Positions 49,350 through 63,072 of a DNA stretch of 64,000 nt are shown piece after piece. The stretch lies in assembly GCF_006345805.1 (NCBI RefSeq), contig NC_042997.1, positions 139,810,001 to 139,874,000 on the forward strand, in the 5' to 3' direction. Made by a program: the position numbers and the translations under genes. This DNA comes from Octopus sinensis. Its lineage: Eukaryota. The stretch's first letter is position 1. Every line of letters begins with the position of its first letter. The notes below the pieces were generated by a model. It did no database searches. It saw only the letters and a program-made list of their open reading frames with translations, and was not told where the DNA came from.

Positions 49350-50300
49350 TGTAGTATTGTTTTAAGCTGTATTTTCTCCTACACTCACATAGTTTAAACA
49401 CATCTCAACCTTTCTAAGCGCAGTTAGTAATTCAAAGATGTTGTGGTGGTGGTTTGGTCTCATATTGGTTGTGATTGAACAGACCTGTGGTCAAATATGC
49501 TCCAGTTATGTCCCTCCTTTTTTTTCCCTAGACATCATGTATCTAATATGTTCAATATATCTTCTTTTTTTAAGATGGTAGGATCTGATTTAAGGGAGAT
49601 TTAGGTATCATTTGTAGTTTATTATATAACAGTGTAAAGGCTTCTTCACTGTCTCAAGTTGTTCTGAGCTGTTGATGTTTAATTCCATGTCAATTATGAG
49701 CAAACCTATGATCAACCATATTCCAGTTGTATTTAGTGGATATGTAGTCTTATGGAGTCTTGATCTGTTCAAAGTGGCATGGGTTGGAGAAAGCTCCAAG
49801 TTTGAGAAAACAATTTCTCTAATCCAAATGTCAGGATACATCAATGTGTCTGTTCTGTCATAACATATAATAAAAAGGATTTTTATCCAACTTTTATCTA
49901 GAACTGAATCAATATTTATGTATTCTATGTAGATATATTGTGTGACCTCAGTTTTAGCTGACTGTGTATGTAAATCAATAATTGATTGTATATGTAATAT
50001 TCTCTTTTCAATTTTTCAAATTTATTAACTTATATTTTGTGTTTCTCTTTACTAAAGTTCCAAAAATTTTTTAAAGTTTATTCAGTTAAAGCTTTACAAA
50101 ATTTTACTTGTTTTTGATAAGCATATTATCTAATTGAGTGTAGGACCAGTTTTGGTTAGCATATTGTTTAGTTGAGTGTAGAGTTTTGTCCTAAGAGGTT
50201 CTATCCAGACCCCTTTCTAGTCAACTGCTGTAGACTTATTTCTGCTTTTACACTCACCTTTCAGCAGAATTTTAACTAGCACCTCTATTGTAAAGAAAGA
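49350..50300 (-). mobile_element. Decayed PLE RT remnant
   Basis: Degenerate segments resembling RT motifs (NPCHFEQIK..., EGT*LEHI*PQV compared with MGTKLAPxYA). Many stops. Confidence 0.35.
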
Positions 50301-51576
50301 CATACAAGTATGGGCTAGAAAATTCTGACATTTTCATTCAGTTGGAGCAAGTTTCAAGTTTGGAAACAAGATAATTAACCGTAAAGAAAAACCTTCAGCT
50401 TGTAACATTTACACTATACCTTAATATTAACTATTAAAAGTTCACTGGGATTAACTTTGTCTTTCATCAAGTGAATTTAATCTTAAACGACATAACTCAT
50501 GTGACTACATGTTCAATGGTCCGAATGCTTAGACATACACAAAATCACAGTATCAGTTAATTCATTCGTTCATTTAACATCCATTTTTCTATGCCTGCAT
50601 GAGTTAAATAGGGACTTATTTCGGGTAGGATTTTATGGTCAGATGCTCCTCAGTCGCTAATCCTTACTTGTTTTTCAAGTTAGGAATTTATTTATCACAG
50701 GTCTTTGAAAGTACTGAACAAGTGATCATAAGGGCAACAAGGAATGTAAACATCACTGTTTCATGTGAACATATGCATGTGCGCGTGCACACACACACAC
50801 ACATGCATGTGCATACCTACAAACACATATGCATATACAATGGGCTTCTATGCAGTTTTCATTTGCCTGATTCACTCATAAAGCATTGGTTGGTTTAGGG
50901 CTATCCAAGATGTGACACAAAGAGATGGAACCCAAAACTGTGTGGTTGGGAAGCAAACATCTTAACCTTAGCTATATCAAAATTTTATTTTGGTTTGGCC
51001 AACTCTTAATCCTAATAATCAAAGCTACTTTGACTGAACAGACTCCAATTTCATTTTCCTCATTTGCAGTCACTGCAAAACCTTATGATACACTAATACA
51101 AGATGAGTAAAAACCCATTTGCCAAATTGTGTCTATTCAGCTATGATGTGTGTTTAATCTCAGATATGAATAGAGTCAGGCACATTTTTATGCTTACCCA
51201 AGAGGTGTTTTCAAACAGTTGATTAATCATATTTATATATTGATTCATGCAGTTTATTTTAGAAAGCAATTTTCAAAATAAATGTAGAAAGTCTCTATCA
51301 TTAAGAATCTGGGTTAATAAGTATAGTTTTAAATATAGTTTATGCAAATATCTATAATTGCTGAACCAATTGGAGGAAAATGTTGAAATATTAAATACAA
51401 GAATAAATGTTAATCCACAAATGTAGGTTATAAATTTACTGGGTGAGAAATAATAAGATAGAGAAATTAATACAGTTAATATCGCATAAGGATGCATTAT
51501 TAATATGTTGCTAGGAAGAGTATTTAAGAATGATCCAATTTGTATATTTTATTGAATATATGTTTCTGTGGGCTCA

Positions 51577-51900
51577 ATCATCATCATCATCATTGTTTAA
51601 TGTCTGTTTTCTATGCTGGCATGGGTTGGACAGTTTGACTGGGGTCTGGCAAGCCAGAAGGCTGCACCAGGCTCCAATCTGATCAGGCAATGTTTCTACT
51701 TCTGGTTACCCTTTCTAACACCAACCACTCTGAGAGTGTAGTGGGTGCTTTTAACTTGCCACCGGCACAGGAGCCAGATGGGGCGAGGGGGCTGGCATTG
51801 ACAATATTCAGATGGTGCTTTTTACGTGAGCCAGTCAAACAGCACTGGCATCGGCCATGTTCGGATGGTGCTTTTTATGTGCCACCACTGACATTTGCTG
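51577..51900 (-). mobile_element. RTE 3'-UTR-derived element
   Basis: (ATC)n tail followed by the same 3' UTR as 23111-23400. Confidence 0.85.
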
Positions 51901-54436
51901 AGCAGAAGCTGTTTTAATGATGTTGGAGGAGACATCAAAAATATAGCACATTGAAGAATCATGTGAATGTCAACAAACCTATTTCTCTAACAGAACTGTC
52001 ACCCATTCTATAAAACAATGAGATAAAAGTAGTCCAATTGTTATTATTTCTTATGTGACCTTTAAAACATGCTGAATAGATAAACAACTCAAATTTTGGT
52101 TTTATGAAGATAAAATATTTTTACGCAGAAAGAAAAGTTGAATAATTAGAATGATTGCACAGAGTGTTTTTTTTTGTGCACCTTCCCCTAATTATGCACA
52201 TTTTTATTAAACTTAGAATTGAATCGATTTATTCTGTTAAAAGCCCTTCTAATATATAGAGTTGAGAAACATGCAATAGTTAATGGTGTACTATAATATC
52301 TGACCATAGGAACATCTCATATGACCTGCATCATGCTCTAATCTAACTTGAGACTGTCATACATTTGTTAGTGAGTTATGTTAACTGTTCCATCTTTTAA
52401 CTTGCCATAGTAGCATGACCGTCCCAATTTCATTATTTCAGCATTGACTTCTGCAATATATTTGTTCCCTTTTTCAAGATGGCAAAAATTGGGCTGATAA
52501 AAATTTAGCAGTTATTTCTATCAGGTAGGGTCACAGCTTAGATATTTCTCATTGGCCTGCTTGTTAAGCTTACTATAATAGCTAGAAGGAGAACAATCTA
52601 AAATTTGTGGGTAAGTTGGATATTATATTAAGGAATAACTTGTGATTTTAATTTTCATCTTAAGATCAGGGTTTGCATTCATAATTTTGGAGTGATGAAG
52701 GATTAAAGTGCTAGGCTATGAATCTGCATATAAATTTGTAACCTTAATTATTCAGCCAGTTGTGTTTGCATCACAGTAAATAGCTAATTTTCACTATATA
52801 ATATCAACAAATCTGTAGACATTTTGTGACATTAGTTTGAGCCAAATAATTGTTATTATAAGTTAGTCATAAAATTGAAGAGTAGTGTCTGTCTATGATC
52901 TTTGCAGACTCTATGGCAGCTGGTGAGCTTGATGCAGTTGATTTTTAGATCAATGATTATGTGAATGAGGAAGGAATTACAGAGGATTGCATTCCTGGGG
53001 AGGGAAAAGCAGGAGTAAATCAGAGTGCAGTTTTGGGAGATAGGATTAAAAAAAAGTCCTTAGTGTAGTATCTGGGATATGAGACTCAATGAAGGTGTTG
53101 GAAGAAGGTATGTGTAGTGGGAAAAGTGTAGCAAAAGATGTTGAGGTAGCAGATGAAATAAGCATGAGGATGACATCAAAGTAAAACAATGAGAAAGCAT
53201 TGGATTGTGGTTTAAATAATTTATTTAAATGACTTGTATTTACTTGTTGTATACACCAAAAAATTCACTACATGATGTTATCAACTTGCTTTGAGTTGGC
53301 AAAGAAGAAAATAAACAGGGGAAATATTGTGTCGATAAGATGAGGTGGAACTGGGCATGTTTTGTGTCTGTATGTGCATTGATCATTCAGTGGTGTCTGT
53401 TTATGTTCTGCAACTGCTACTGTGTTGAGTCGTTCATGCTGAATATGTGGTTCTCTGTTGGCTGCTTAACTGGCTGAAGGCTGTCTCTTGACAGTTTGCC
53501 TGGTGATGGCTCTCTGCCTCTGTTGTATGTCTGCCTGTATTTATAATGGTCATGACAGCTAGAAAGACAAACATACCACAGTAGTAATTCCTACCTATGT
53601 AGATCACCTCCTGTCCACTTGAACCTTAAATGACACAGCTCGGGTTGTAGGTCGAAGGGAAAACAATCCATCACTTTTTGACAGGACAAAGAAATTTCTT
53701 TCATGCCTGTTTGGTCAATGGTGGATCAGACGCGCGAGAATCCTTAGATTCAGTTTCAAATCTCAGCTTGGAAAAAGGAAGTGTTAGTTTTTACATATGG
53801 TTGAAGAAGGTATGCTGCTAGTTATTTCACAAGAGCAAAGACTGTTGTAGTATTGATGGAAGAGGCAAAGAGAGAAAACCACATGTCTTTGCACAAGTGA
53901 TTGCAGCATATTGTTGAGTAAGTTATCTCCTAATCAGCCAAATAACATCTTGGCTGCAGTCTAAGATATGTGTGCTGTGCAGCGGCACCCTTTCATTTGT
54001 GTGGACAGTATTTTAATATGTATCTCACTTGAGGAGACATCACTGAATCCTGTGGTAAACCAGAGTTGATAATGCATAAATCAGAGAGAGCTCTATTACA
54101 TGCTGTAATATTTGTAGACTGACATGAAGCTCTGATCCAGAAAATAAACCATAATTAGGTAACTTACTAAGAGGTCCTCATGCCAACATGATTGAAAACT
54201 TTACTGATGAGAAATGCAATGACATTGCTTTTACTGAAGTTCTTCAGCGCGAGTAACCACATATGGAACATACTGATGATTCCAATCTTGGACTTAATTT
54301 AAGTTAGCATTACCATCGCTCTCTGAGATAGTATATTTTCAATGATTGAAATTTTTTTCCTGAAGTTATGTATTAAATGATTTACTGATTATTTGTTGTC
54401 TTATGTTTAAAAAGTTCCTTTACTTGATTTCAGAAC

Positions 54437-54576
54437 ATGGCTGGAGAGAATGCTAAATTTAAGTACACGGTTAATAATAACCAGTTACTGACTTCACAGC
54501 AACGTTCTTTCTATGAAGATAATGGTTTTCTTGTGATAAAGAATCTGGTATCTAAGGAAAATCTTTCACAGTATCA
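54437..54576 (+). CDS. PHYH: Phytanoyl-CoA dioxygenase, first visible coding exon ([38 protein letters not shown]...)
   Basis: Acceptor tttcag| at 54433, aacATGG in strong Kozak context, donor CA|GTGAGT (phase 2). Matches PHYH [28 protein letters not shown]. Confidence 0.9.
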
Positions 54577-55899
54577 GTGAGTTACCACTTCATTTGTTAC
54601 TATGTATTGTGCTATTAACCTGGTATTTCAAGGAATTATTTTGGCAACAAAAGGCAGTGTGTGTGTGTGTTTGTGCACATTATGTGTGTACAATGACAAA
54701 TTTTTTGAAGCAACTTTCATCACTTATTGTGTCTTAAAATGATAAAGACAAATTATTTTGTAGTGGATGCGTGGATGTATTAATAAATACATAAGTGCTT
54801 TGTAATAAATTAAAGATTTATTATCACTACATCAATTTGTAAGCAATGTTACACATCGCTTGTACAAAATGCATATTAATAGTGGTTGCAAATAATACAT
54901 ATTAAGGAATGCATAATACAGGATACACATTAAAGCAGAATATGTTTGATGGTGCGTGTGTGTGCGTGTGTGTAAATCATGCATGACAGAGTCACCTTTC
55001 TGATTATTCTTTCGTCGTCCTCATAATGCGTGTCGTTCTCTTAAACGTTGGTTCGGGTTCTCTCTAGATACCTATTTCTCCGTTCTATTTATAACATCTC
55101 AAATAGCCAGAAAAATAGATATACCGCAAGAGTGTTATTGCGTACAGTAGGTCGCTGGTCGTCCTGTTAAACTTCGCCTGACCTGCTCGGGTCAGAGGTC
55201 GAAGGGAGACGATCCATCATTTTTTGTCAGAACAAAGAGATTCTGATTTCGCGCCTTTTTGTGCATTGGTATTTTACGACCAATGATTCTTGGGTCTGAT
55301 TTCGAATCCAAGCTTTGAGAAGGAAGTGCTAATTCTTACAATTTTATAAATGAAATATATATTCAATTTATTTTCGAGCCATCATTATCACCATCATCAT
55401 CATCATTTTAACATCCACTTTTCCATGCTTGCATGGATCAGACGGAATCCACTGAAGTAGATTTTCTATAGCCCAATGCCCTTCATGTTATCAACCTACA
55501 CCTCTTTCTGAGTAAAGTAATATTTCCCCATGAACAGACATATTTTTATGGAAGATTGGAAATGAATAACACTGCTCACACAACACTCTGTTACAATTAT
55601 CATGTGATGTCAAATCAAAGAGTCACACACATATATACTATACATTGTTGAGCATAATATTATGATCAGAATGTTACTGTTAGTTTCATACTGACTATTG
55701 TACTAGGCAATACTGATAACTCTTCAGACATAATGGCTGGAAGCAAATACTGCATTTTATGCTGGAGTATATAGAGACGCTGGGTGACTCAGTGATGGTA
55801 AGAAGAAAAGTTACAAACCATAGTGAAAGAATTATAACATTTTCTGAGATGAAAAGAATAGCTATTTGCCGTGAATTGATGTTTGCCTGTATATATATA

Positions 55900-56426
55900 T
55901 CTACTACATACGTGGGAAATTCTGTCTGTAGGTGTGTTTGTTTGCAGAGTTGTTAGCTAACACCTCTTACATTGTTTTATCGATTTTGATGAAACTTGAC
56001 ACATGAGAACTCATGTCTAGAAACTTCATGGCATACTCAGATTGTTGAAAAAAAGTCGATAATGAGGCCCCTGGAAGGGATCCTTATATATTGCATATGT
56101 GGGAAATTCTGTCTGTGGGTATGTTTGTTTGTCGAGTCAACTGCACCAACTATTTTATATCATGTTGATGACATGTGACTTGCAAGAACCTCACAAGCTT
56201 TGGGCGATCCACAAAACCAGCATGGCAGAGGACATCTTGAAAGGATTCAAAGGTAAACCTCAGCGGAAATTGCCACGTTCAATAATGCCATTTACAATGA
56301 GGCATTACTTCACCTGGATACACAAGTGCAAGCAAGGGAGGTCAAGGCAATTCCACATTTGGTCTGCCTCAACCAGAGCAGGCAGCAAACAATCTCGCAA
56401 TTGAGTACCTGCGAGAAATCAGCTAT
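55900..56426 (+). mobile_element. Possible non-autonomous Helitron-like element in the PHYH intron
   Basis: A|TCTACTAC 5' end, internal duplication of GTGGGAAATTCTGTCTGT (55912 and 56099), 3' hairpin TCTCGCA...TGCGAGA, then CTAT instead of CTAG. Confidence 0.4.
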
Positions 56427-56599
56427 GACATCAAGGAAATGAGGGCATATTAAGCTGATAAAGAATACAAACTGATGGAGGACCAACTGGGTGTTTATAA
56501 AGTCTCTCTTGAGTTAAAGTCATCTTTGGGTGTATGGGTGGTAATTAAGGTTCTATGGTTGTTATGGAAAGGAAAGGTATTTTGGAAAAATTGTAATTC

Positions 56600-57791
56600 A
56601 TTAAATTTGGAGTTATGTTACTGTTTAGAATTTATTCATGCATGTAGAACTTTGTAAGCTAGTGTGTATATATTACCCTTTTGTTAGGTAGGTACAAAGT
56701 GTGACAGTATCTTTGTTTCTTTTTGTATTGAGCCTTTAGTAATTGTGTCAACTTTATTTTTCACAAAGGAATGTAGCTAGGTGGTAACTTTAGTCATTTC
56801 TTTACTTATTATTATTTAAATTATTACTTATATTCATTTGTAAGGTTGGCTTGTCATGACTTTGTTAGTATAGAAAGTTGTTTTTCTTGTGCCTTGATGT
56901 TCACAAAAGTATGTTTCTTTCTAGGTGTTCATTGTTCTATAAGCAATTTGATTAGTATACATGGATTTTAAACTTCTTGTTTTATGGAGGTAGAGCTTAT
57001 GTGATGTTTGTTGATAAAATTTCTTCAAAGTCTGTTCTAGATATATTCTACAGTGGGGTAGATATAGAAGGTGTGTATATATTCATGTATAAAAATGGGA
57101 ACAAAAATATTATATAATTTAATAAAAAAAAGTTAAAGGAAAGAGTTCTTTTGGTTTGCTTGAATACAAATATATATTTTATGTGTGTGTGTGTGTGTGT
57201 AGTTATATTAGAAAATCTTTTGTGGGGATTTTGGTTGGAGATAGGGAGACTTTTAGATCATTTCTAGAGTACTTGTCTGGTGTAAAAGTGTAAAGTTGTA
57301 GGGGTATTTTTTATTTTATGGAGATGGTTTATGGTGTAGGAGAATGGAGGAGAATTTATGAGATATTAACTGTTAGGAAAGATTATTGGTTTGAAGTGTT
57401 TTAGTCTTTTTAAGATTTTGTGCCTGCATAAAGACACTAGTTTGGAGTTTCGGTTTGGGATTTGTTCCCTGAATGTTGGAATGTGGTAGGATTCATTTGT
57501 ACAAAGTTGGCGGGATTTGTTATTCCCTTGGTATAGTTGTGTATGTGAAAGTATTTTTTACTTGATGCTAAATAGTGTATTTTTTATTTTAATTACCACT
57601 ACTCTCCATTGCTAAGCATTCTTAGCTAGCCCATAGAGTAACCTGCCTCATTCTTGATTTCCAATTCCTTTTGCCGAGTCTGACCGTAAACGAAATGATC
57701 CCAAGATAAGAAATCTTTGAACTTAATTCATCCCGTATCTTTACCAGTAATATTTTCATGCAAAATTGTCTGATCTCTAGTTGTTAATCTG

Positions 57792-57825
<34 letters not shown>

Positions 57826-60310
57826 TGATCCCTAGTCATCACTCTGTTTATTATTTCAGCCTCGCCTCGTATTGCATATTCTGTATAATTCATTAGTTAT
57901 CCTTGTATATCGATTAAGCCCCTCGTCTCGCTAAAATATAGAATAGATATTTCAGATCTCCCTTACACGGCTGATCGTAATGGCTGCCGATTCTTCGCGG
58001 GGTGCCACTTTCTCTCTTTCCTTCTCTCCCCCTCTTTCACATTGTTTGGCCTCCTCTTCCTACTCCTCTCCATTGCTGGCTCCCCAGACCCCGGTCAAAC
58101 CGTCCAACCCGTGCTAGCGCGGAAAACGGACGTTAAACGATGATGATGATGATGATGATGATATATGTTTGGACTGTGAAGTATCATTTTTCCTGTTTGA
58201 GTTGCACAAAGTTGGTTGTGTCATGTCTTCAACTGGTTTGCTGTAGATCCTATGTATGTAGATATAGTAGTTGGTGCCATGTTTGTGGTTATCATTACTC
58301 TATATATAATATTTCTTGAGAAAGCAGGATGAAGGTGTTTTACAATTTCAATTGCTATTGTGTATGTGGTTTAGGTTTTCAATTTTAGACAGTTTTCGGT
58401 GGTTGTAGGTAGCTACATTTCTCTCCAAGTGCTTAGTAATGGAATATTTCAATTTTACATTGTTTGTTTATTAGTCTGTAATACTTGTGATTGGAATGGA
58501 CGTGTTTCTACATTATTTTTACAAATAATTTAGCTACTGATGTGGAAACTTGTATGTTGAAGGGAGATTATACCAGATAATTTTCCTTATTCTATTCTTA
58601 TGTATTTTATTTATTGTGGGAAAATTTCTGTTTATATATTGCACTTTTTCCTTGTAACTGCTATTATTGAGTGCTTTGTGATATGGAATTGCTATTTCGT
58701 TTAGTATTTTTTCATTTGAAGACAAAGCCGAAAGACTGAGAGATGTGGATTTTATTAGGTTTTTGATGATGCTTTTGGGGTGGTTGGATTGTTTATGTAT
58801 CTACTGAATTTTTCATTATCTTTCTTATATGGTTTATAAATACTTGATTCCAGGTCAAGGATAACATCTAGGAAATTGACTGACTTCAGCTGCGTTTCTA
58901 CTGTAATTGAGAAGCTCAAGCTTTTGAAGTGATGTAGATCCTTGCTAAATTTGATGTTTTTTATTTATGGGTTGTATTTTCTTAGTAGAAGTAGATGGAT
59001 GGAAATTTGTTTCTGAATTTTTCTAATATATAAAGACCCATGATGTCTCTTGTTTCTGTCAAGTCCTTTGATCCCATGCTTATATCAAATGGTTCTTTAG
59101 TGTTTTTCTTAATCCAGAAAGCATTGTTGTGGAAGAGGAGCAATTTTCTTGTTTACAGTATTGTTTCTATTTTGGTGTTGTTTATTGTGGTTATAGTTTT
59201 AGCAAAGTTCAAAGCACCTATAAGAATAGGTTTTGTTATTGATGCATAATAGTCTTTCATGTCAAACTGGAAGAAACGGCACTTGTTTTTGTTTGAGATT
59301 TTGTTGAACAAATGTATTACTTCATAAGTGTTATTCCACTGACATAAAATTGATTTTGCTTTTTGGTTAGAATTTGTCTATGATTTTTTTACCAACCACT
59401 TGGTTCCGGGTTCAGTCCCACTGCGTGGCATCTTGGGCAAGTGTCTTCTGCTATAGCCCCGGGCCAACCAATGCATTGTGAGTGGATTTGGTAGACGGAA
59501 ACTGAAAGAAGCCTATCGTATATATGTATATATATATATATGTGTGTATGTGTGTGTGTATATGTTTGTGTGTCTGTGTTTGTCCCCCTAGCATTGCTTG
59601 ACAACCGATGCTGGTGTGTTTACATCCCCGTCACTTAGCAGTTCGGCAAAAGAGACCGATAGAATAAGTACTGGGCTTACAAAGAATAAGTCCCAGGGTC
59701 GATTTGCTCGACTAAAGACGGTGCTCCAGCATGGCCACAGTCAAATGACTGAAACAAGTAAAAGAGTAAAAGAGTAATTATACCTGTGTTCAGTTTTGAA
59801 GAATTCTGAAGTTTGATGGATGGGGTGCTACTGAAGCTAGGTTTGTGATTTTTCATGACTATACACAGGCATTTTGGTGTTAATGTGTCTACACTATCAT
59901 CTATTTAGTGGCTATTATATTGTTTATATCCTTTAAAGCAGCATATTTTGTTTTTAGTATGTATTGGAGATTGTGTTAGAAAGAAACTGGTTATATGAGG
60001 TTTTACTTATCTGGTAGAGGTTGTTTGTTTTACCCGATTTTACAAATATATTTGAGCTTGCTTTATGTGGTTGATTTTTTGTTTCAGTTCTTTCTGCAAT
60101 CTGTTGGTTAATTTGATGAATTTTATTTGCTTGATCATTGCAAATAGGTCATCTTCGAAGGGTTGTAACAATGGTGCAGGGGTGGGGACATTTGACCATC
60201 TTGAATTCATTGTTGTTGAAAGGCTGTTTTCCCTTTTGGTCTTTTCCGCATGTGTCTTTTTATAGAGTTTTCTGTCTTTTGTAGGAGTGTTTTTTTTTTT
60301 GGTAATTTTT
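56600..60310 (-). mobile_element. AT-rich PLE remnants (RT and GIY-YIG pieces, partly tandem), antisense in the PHYH intron
   Basis: PAPLLQPFEDDLFAMIKQIKF, VMKNHKPSF and SSNEKILNEIAIPYHKALNNSSY...RKIIWYNLP. Interrupted by a SINE (59388-59778) and an RTE tail (58075-58163). Confidence 0.65.
59388..59778 (+). mobile_element. Near-complete tRNA-derived SINE with an internal (TA)/(TG) tract
   Basis: CCAACCACTTGGTTCCGGGTTCAGTCCCACTG (B-box-like) ... GACTGAAACAAGTAAAAGAGTAAAAGAGT. Confidence 0.88.
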
Positions 60311-61027
60311 TTACTACCACCCATGTGAAATCTAATAACTTTCTTTCCTACATACATGCATACATGCATACATACATACATACATACATACATACATACA
60401 TACATACATACATACATACGTACATACGTACGTACGTACATACATACATACATACATACATACATACATACATACATACATACATACATTGCCTCTTAAG
60501 ACAATGTTACTTTCTTTTGCTTTGGGATCAGCCCATACCTTGTGAGAGTGAAACTGGGAAGATGGAAACTGTATAGAAGCCTGTTAAATACACTGTATTT
60601 GTATTTCAAATGTATAGCCTTGTGACTCATCATGTTATGTGGAATCTGAATCTGCCTGAGAATTACATTAAATGCGTGCATGTCTGCAGAATATTCAACC
60701 ATTTACATGCAAATACAGTAAACTGGTCATTCACTTGATCATACAACTGAATCCTCATTGTTGAAATCAATGGATATCTATCCACATGTGTGTGTAACAA
60801 GCATCTGCACAGTTTCAATCTAGTTGAATCATGAGGTATTGATCAACATGAAATAATAATAGAGATGTAGCAAAGATGCTGCATAGTAGGGATTAAAATA
60901 AAACCCCAAAACCTCATGGTTTCTTAACCATGCAATTATACTTTGTAGATTTATCAAAATATAATTTCAATTATATATTTTTTTGTGCATAAATTGTTAT
61001 TATTGTTGCATTCTTTTTCTTCTATAG

Positions 61028-61196
61028 AGAAAGATTCAAGCAGTTGTGTACTGGAGAAGCTCCTACACATGGCATGGACATTATGAAAGATATTGCAGCT
61101 GACAGACCAGAATATGTTCCTGGGAAGAAAGCTATTGCTAAACTACAAGGTTTCCAAGACGATGAAGTCTTATTTGAATATTGCTGCCTGCCAGAG
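61028..61196 (+). CDS. PHYH: PHYH coding exon (ERFKQLCTGE...LQGFQDDEVLFEYCCLPE), 169 nt
   Basis: Acceptor ttctatag|A completes the phase-2 codon; donor GAG|GTATTT. Matches PHYH KVQDFQEDKELFRYCTLPE. Confidence 0.92.
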
Positions 61197-62020
61197 GTAT
61201 TTTTAATGGATTAAAGTACATTGTATAGTGTGTACATAACACTGAAATAGAGTCCATTATACTGCTATACATTATGTGAATGACTTCTAAACATTGAAAA
61301 GGTTTTCAGGGCTCAAGCTTAGCTTCAGTTTTATGGCTTTTAGTATATAAAATATAGTTTCCCTTGGATAGAATGCTGATCTATAGCATGTTACACTTGC
61401 AGATGATCCATCACTTGTTCTCAACAGTTAGATAAACTGAAGTAATGTAGAATAAAATGTTCAGTTCAAAAACACAATAAAACACATTAGATTTTAATTC
61501 ATGATATATGAGTTCGCCAGTTCACTTATATATAGTACAGTATAATACATGAGCCAATGAGAAAGCCTCCAAGTGCTTGCATGGTGCAAAAAATATCTAC
61601 CAAATCTCTCTCAACAGCATCTTAATGAAAGAGCATAAAGGGTAGAGTAATCCTGTTTTCCACTAGAAATACAGGATGGTCATTGTATGAATGCTTATCA
61701 TCATAGGTCTGCTTACTAAAGGCTGACCTGGGGATAAACAATGACTACATAATATACCATACTGTATACTATATGACAAAGAGTTACCGTTCCTATCAGA
61801 GAAGTTTGTTGATTTGTAGTACTCCATACAGTACAGAGTACCACAATACACTGTAGTACAGTTCAGTACACTGCAGTGCATTATTGTTTGGTACAGAATT
61901 TTGTTATTGATGATCAAGAGGTTAAATATCAGCAGTCAATATGGCATGTACACGTAGAGTACATTGCTAGCTGTTGTAGTGTATTACAACAGATAGCAGT
62001 GTACTTTATATGTACATGAC

Positions 62021-62300
62021 ATGTTGAACCAAGACAGTGTTTATGAGATGAGGAAACATGATGACCCTGTGAGAGGACTAACACAAGAGGGGTACTGTTG
62101 TGCAGTAAAGGCAGTGGAAGTTGGTGCACTAGGACTTGTTGTAGGGTCCATATGCCTATTACTAGGTCAGCTCAGAATCAAGCGTCACAAAAGAATAGCA
62201 ACAATGAAGCACCTGTCAGAGACATCAGAGAAGAGCTCAATGTGGCTATGAGCAAAAAGAAATGATATTTGCAGCTGATAAGGAATAAAGAAAGCCACTA
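62021..62300 (+). mobile_element. HERO-clade RLE 3' fragment in the PHYH intron
   Basis: GYCCAVKAVEVGALGLVVGSICLLLGQLRIKRHKRIATMKHLSETSEKSSMWL matches the HERO C-terminus (PVEVGCRGF...AEKASRWLW). Confidence 0.65.
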
Positions 62301-62990
62301 AACATAGGCGGAAGGAGACCCAGTTTGAAACAGTGCAAGTCCTTGCAGTGATCTTTGTGGCTGAGTGATAAGATCACCCAAAGGTTCTGTGTTCAGTCCC
62401 CACTAAAGCTGGCATTTAAATAATAGTAAGAGTACACCTAGGAGTCACTACCTAGGTGGGTCCAGCTCCCTTAAAGTGTCAGGAACGAATAGGCCAAAAT
62501 GCTTGTTTGATGGGACTTCTTCCACTGAAGATTTCTCCTGCAGTCTGCTTGCCTCATAGCAAGTTTCTATTTACAATACTCAAACTTTCTCTAGGTATTA
62601 TTTTGTTGACTATAGGACAGTGTATTGTACAAATCAGGGCAGCATACAAACTATGTAGCTATCACTTTCTGGGTGACCCATATTACATAGTGCCTCCCAT
62701 TCCATCATTTCAAATTAAATTGTGTAAATTGTTTCTGAATTTTGACTATTTCATCTCCAAAGGATAATTCATAAAATCTTATTGTTTAAATTAGAATACT
62801 GCAAATAGGGTTGGTAGTATAGTGAATTCCAAATAGAATAGTATAATATTATTATGTGGTTACAATCAGTACATACTGGACAATACATTATAAGTGTATA
62901 AAACAATAAAGTAAAGTAAAAATTTATATAAAGAAAGATTACTGTAGGGCAATAAATTATACTGCTAATATTTTTTTTTGTTCCTTTCAG

Positions 62991-63072
62991 ATTGTAAAAT
63001 ACACTGAGTCAATTATTGGCTCTAACATAATGGCAATGCACACCATGTTTATCAATAAACCGCCTGATTCAG
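62991..63072 (+). CDS. PHYH: PHYH coding exon ([28 protein letters not shown]), 82 nt
   Basis: Acceptor cctttcag|ATT and donor CAG|GTATAG. Matches [23 protein letters not shown]. The Fe-binding HxD exon lies beyond the window. Confidence 0.93.

Noticed and set aside
52900-53620. Possible Gypsy gag remnant on the minus strand
   Set aside because: Only a vague HHVV/LRTFF resemblance across many stops. Not supportable without a search.
57990-58020. TGGCACCCC primer-binding-site-like motif (tRNA-Arg) on the minus strand
   Set aside because: Only 9 nt match, there is no adjacent CA LTR end, and no gag/pol follows.
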